Assembly (NCBI RefSeq): GCF_009914755.1
Contig: NC_060930.1
Origin: the human T2T-CHM13v2.0 reference genome, Homo sapiens
Reading direction: 5' to 3' (one strand)
DNA: 64,000 nt
The translations under genes were made by a program, and so were the position numbers. Positions 59,815 through 64,000 of this stretch are shown here, one piece after another; within the stretch, counting starts at the first letter, position 1, and the number at the start of each line of letters is the position of its first letter. Below the pieces are notes generated by a model. That model was not told the origin of the DNA, did no database searches, and worked only from the letters and a program-made list of their open reading frames with translations.

Positions 59815-59977
59815 AAATTAAGCTCTACAAGATAGATACTATTATCCCTAATTTTCAAGTGAAGAAATTGAGGTCCACAAAGTTAAGTAAGTCCCTAAAT
59901 TACAAAGGTGGTAAACAGTAAGGCAGGATTCAAAGACAGGCAAACTGGTTTCAGAGCTCTTGCTATTAGCCACTGCA
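59815..59977 (-). mobile_element. MIR
   Basis: tactattatccctaattttcaagtgaagaaattgagg...ggcaggattcaaa. Confidence 0.75.
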
Positions 59978-60163
59978 CATGTAAGTACCTCTGTTTTTCT
60001 TGAGTTCCATCTTTTTATTAACTTTGAATGTTCACCAATACCATAAGCCTCAAATCTGCACAAGAATAATGTCAGACTCTGACAGATGTAAAAGAGGGCC
60101 ATTCCATGCTGTGAGATACAAAATGTGACATCTATTATTTATTACAAATTTCAACACAAGAGA

Positions 60164-60345
60164 CCATGGTTTTCAACCCTGGCTACCCATCAGAATCACT
60201 TCAGGTGCTTAAAAAAACCGCAGATGCCAGGAAATAACCCCAGACTTACTAACTCAAAATCTCCAGGATTAGAATATAGAGATATGCACATACTTTAATG
60301 CTCCAAAAGTCACTCTGCCACATGGCTGGACTTGAGGACCAATCA
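60164..60345. mobile_element. MER5A-like element
   Basis: ccatggttttcaaccctggctacccatcagaatcacttcaggtgcttaaaaaa. Confidence 0.7.
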
Positions 60346-60799
60346 ATCTTAACCAACCAATCTTGTTTTAGAATAATTTTTTTTCCATTGGTATACTCTC
60401 TGTTACTCTTACTACCATTAATCTGCAACCAGGTAATAAAAAGTTCACTTTACACCAACCAAAAGTATTCTGATGTTAATATGATCTTAATTTAACCTCA
60501 TTATATTTTTTAAAATAAAAAAATGTATTACTGGTATATTTGAGACTGCTGAGAAAGGGAATTTCCATTTCTGTATAAATACAGCATTACTGCCCATTTA
60601 ATATGAATACACTGTGAAATGATCAAAATGTGGCAGTTCCTAGCCTGATGAGGAAAATGAAACAAAGTGCTTTTGAATAAAACAATGTGTTTGTCAAACT
60701 ACCACCTCGGTGACAAACACTGAAAGTGCCTGCTTGGTAATGCCTTCCCAGGCCACCAGCCTTACTTCCTAAGGACATCATCCCTCTCTCAACCACAGC

Positions 60800-60958
60800 A
60801 CATGGCAAAATACAGTGATGTTCTTCTGTGTTTATCTCACCCACTGATACTATCATGAGACCCTCCCAGGGAGAGGTCTCATGATAATATCTTCTACATG
60901 TAGTTCAGTGTCAGAACAGAGTAGAAACTCAACAAATAATTACTAAATGAATGAACAA
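60800..60958 (+). mobile_element. L2 3' terminus containing a palindrome
   Basis: cagaacagagtagaaactcaacaaataattactaaatgaatgaa tail. Confidence 0.6.
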
Positions 60959-61366
60959 ATTCTTCCTCTAATTCATACTTGACACTTACATCACTGTTTT
61001 ACATATATGTACACACATATTTTTTAATAGAACTTAATTTCCCCAACTTCTTCTTTTTCCAAGTACATCTCTAGGTGAAAACCTCACACTTTAATTGCCT
61101 GTAATGTTGAATTACTCATGTCTTTGTTACCCACTCTTGCCAAGAAATTAACAATTCCACCAATATCTATTCTCAAAATCATACTCTTCCTTCAAAACAC
61201 AAATTAAACTGCATCTCTTCCATTTAAACTTGCCTGACTCCCTCAAATAAAGTGTCACTTTAATCATCTGCTATAGTAAAATTGAAGAAATAAATGCAGG
61301 GAGGTATGGAGAAATAATTCATGGAATTCTTATTTTTCAGAGTACTGGGGATCAATATCGGACTAT

Positions 61367-61570
61367 AGCCACACTGTCCAGCAGAACTTTCTGTGGTAAT
61401 AGAAATATTCTGTATCAATGCTGTCCAATAGCCACATGTGGCTAATGAGTACTTAACATGTAGCTAGTGAAGTTTAAGGGCTAAATTTTTCATTTCATTT
61501 GGCTTTAATTAATTAAAATATAAATCAAAATAGTGCACATGACAACCACCTTGGGCAGCACGGGTCTAGA
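61367..61570. mobile_element. MER3/MER33-like hAT element
   Basis: cactgtccagcagaactttctgtggtaatagaaatattctgtatc...gccacatgtggcta. Confidence 0.75.
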
Positions 61571-61680
61571 GGCACTTCGGGGTACACCACAGAGAAACAT
61601 CTCCAGCCTCAACCCACTCAATCTTTATATTAGCATTAATACCTCACATCAAGTGTTTCAATGATAAAAAGCTGAAAAGG

Positions 61681-61980
<300 letters not shown>

Positions 61981-62469
61981 TTAGAAGGAGGAAAAATGTC
62001 CCTAAAAAAGATACTGGTGCCAAGATACCAGTACGAGCGGTATCTAGCACATTTAATAAAAATGAGTAAAAAGAGACTAAAACACCAAACCCCCAAAACA
62101 AGCCAAAACCCTCATGAGAGTGTAGAGCTATCCGAAGGTAGAAAAGAATATCTTGAGAGGTAGAGAGTTCCATATAACCCAAGATGTTCAAGAATCTCTC
62201 CAACTACCATATTCAGGATTCCTGGGAAGGGATGTGGAGCCTGGGAGCAATGTGTGGAATAGCAACCATCAAAGTCTAAGCGTGGAAGTCCAGCAGAGAT
62301 CAACGGAGTCAAGACAGAAGAATCTGCTTTTCTAAATATTGTCATGTGAGTCAGAGCGACGGCTGCGAAGGAGATCCAGACCTTCCGACCTCCGATCCAT
62401 TCTGCCCACTAGACTAGGGGCATCCATCACACACTTCAAAGTTGTTTAAAAGGTCCTAGATTTCAGCTA

Positions 62470-62925
<456 letters not shown>

Positions 62926-63030
62926 TTAGAAAATATTTCACAGTTTTGCCTACAGAGCTCATTATCATCCGCTTAAGTGATGTTTTAGAAAATTATTCAC
63001 TTATTTAGCAAGACTTAAAAATGCACTACT

Positions 63031-63380
<350 letters not shown>

Positions 63381-64000
63381 CTAAAGAAAAAAAAATGTAT
63401 TTAATCCTTAAATACTTTTTAAACTTACCAACCCCAAATATATAATAAATAATTCTGACAGGGCGAAGCTCAGAGACACTGGCCCCCAAAAATTTGCATA
63501 GTAATAAATATAGTCTTCTAAATGAAAGTAGGACTGCCCCATTCTCAACATTGGTATTAGAATCTACCTTTTGAATTTCTTTACATTTATGAAATAAGCT
63601 TTATTAACGAAATGACAACAAATAATATAACCACATTTTCAAAATTAAAAAAAATACATAAGCAAATAATAAACCTCCCTCATTTTTTCACTAAGCTACG
63701 TTTTCCTTTCTTCAAAACTGTTCTCTGTAGTCATTAAACCACAGAAGGGACATCAGTGACACAAACACCCATGTTTGATAGGTGAAAAACTGACTGGGAT
63801 CACTTGTCCAGCCTCCCAAGCAAGGCGACCCTGGCGTACTGTTCCCGGGTCCCTGCATTCTCTGCCCCTCTGCTCCACACTGCTCATCACGACTGCCTTG
63901 CTGCTTTGACTCCAGAAGAGGCCTCCATGATGCTCGTTTTTCGTTTTTTTGTTTTCTTTTTTCCTTAAATACACAACAGGAAGCACAGCTTGAATATTCA

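Overview
AT-rich primate (very probably human) nuclear DNA, a large share of which is interspersed repeat. It holds 17 Alu dimers plus one Alu monomer, many L1 fragments of different ages, L2/MIR relics, TcMar-Tigger and hAT DNA-transposon fossils, and MaLR/ERV1 solo LTRs. I found no credible protein-coding exon. Nearly all supplied ORFs are Alu/L1/microsatellite read-throughs or chance ORFs, many starting at TTG/GTG. The + strand looks A-rich by eye, most large L1s lie on +, and the best splice signals are on the - strand. Together these suggest intronic or 5'-UTR sequence of a long minus-strand gene that I cannot name. The most interesting signals are: (i) a very young AluY (Yc1-like) insertion that may be polymorphic; (ii) a minus-strand TATA/MEF2/TEAD/GATA/E-box cassette followed by a splice donor, a candidate internal muscle-type promoter; (iii) candidate recursive (zero-length exon) splice sites and non-coding exons; (iv) an L1PA with an in-frame internal ORF2 deletion and an old L1 with a twin-priming-type inversion; (v) a 3x45-bp minisatellite, a 36-nt near-perfect palindrome and a long (TA)n tract. 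I see no evidence for a genuinely new biological system. Repeat subfamily names are from memory of consensus sequences and need RepeatMasker/Dfam confirmation; boundaries of old repeats are approximate.
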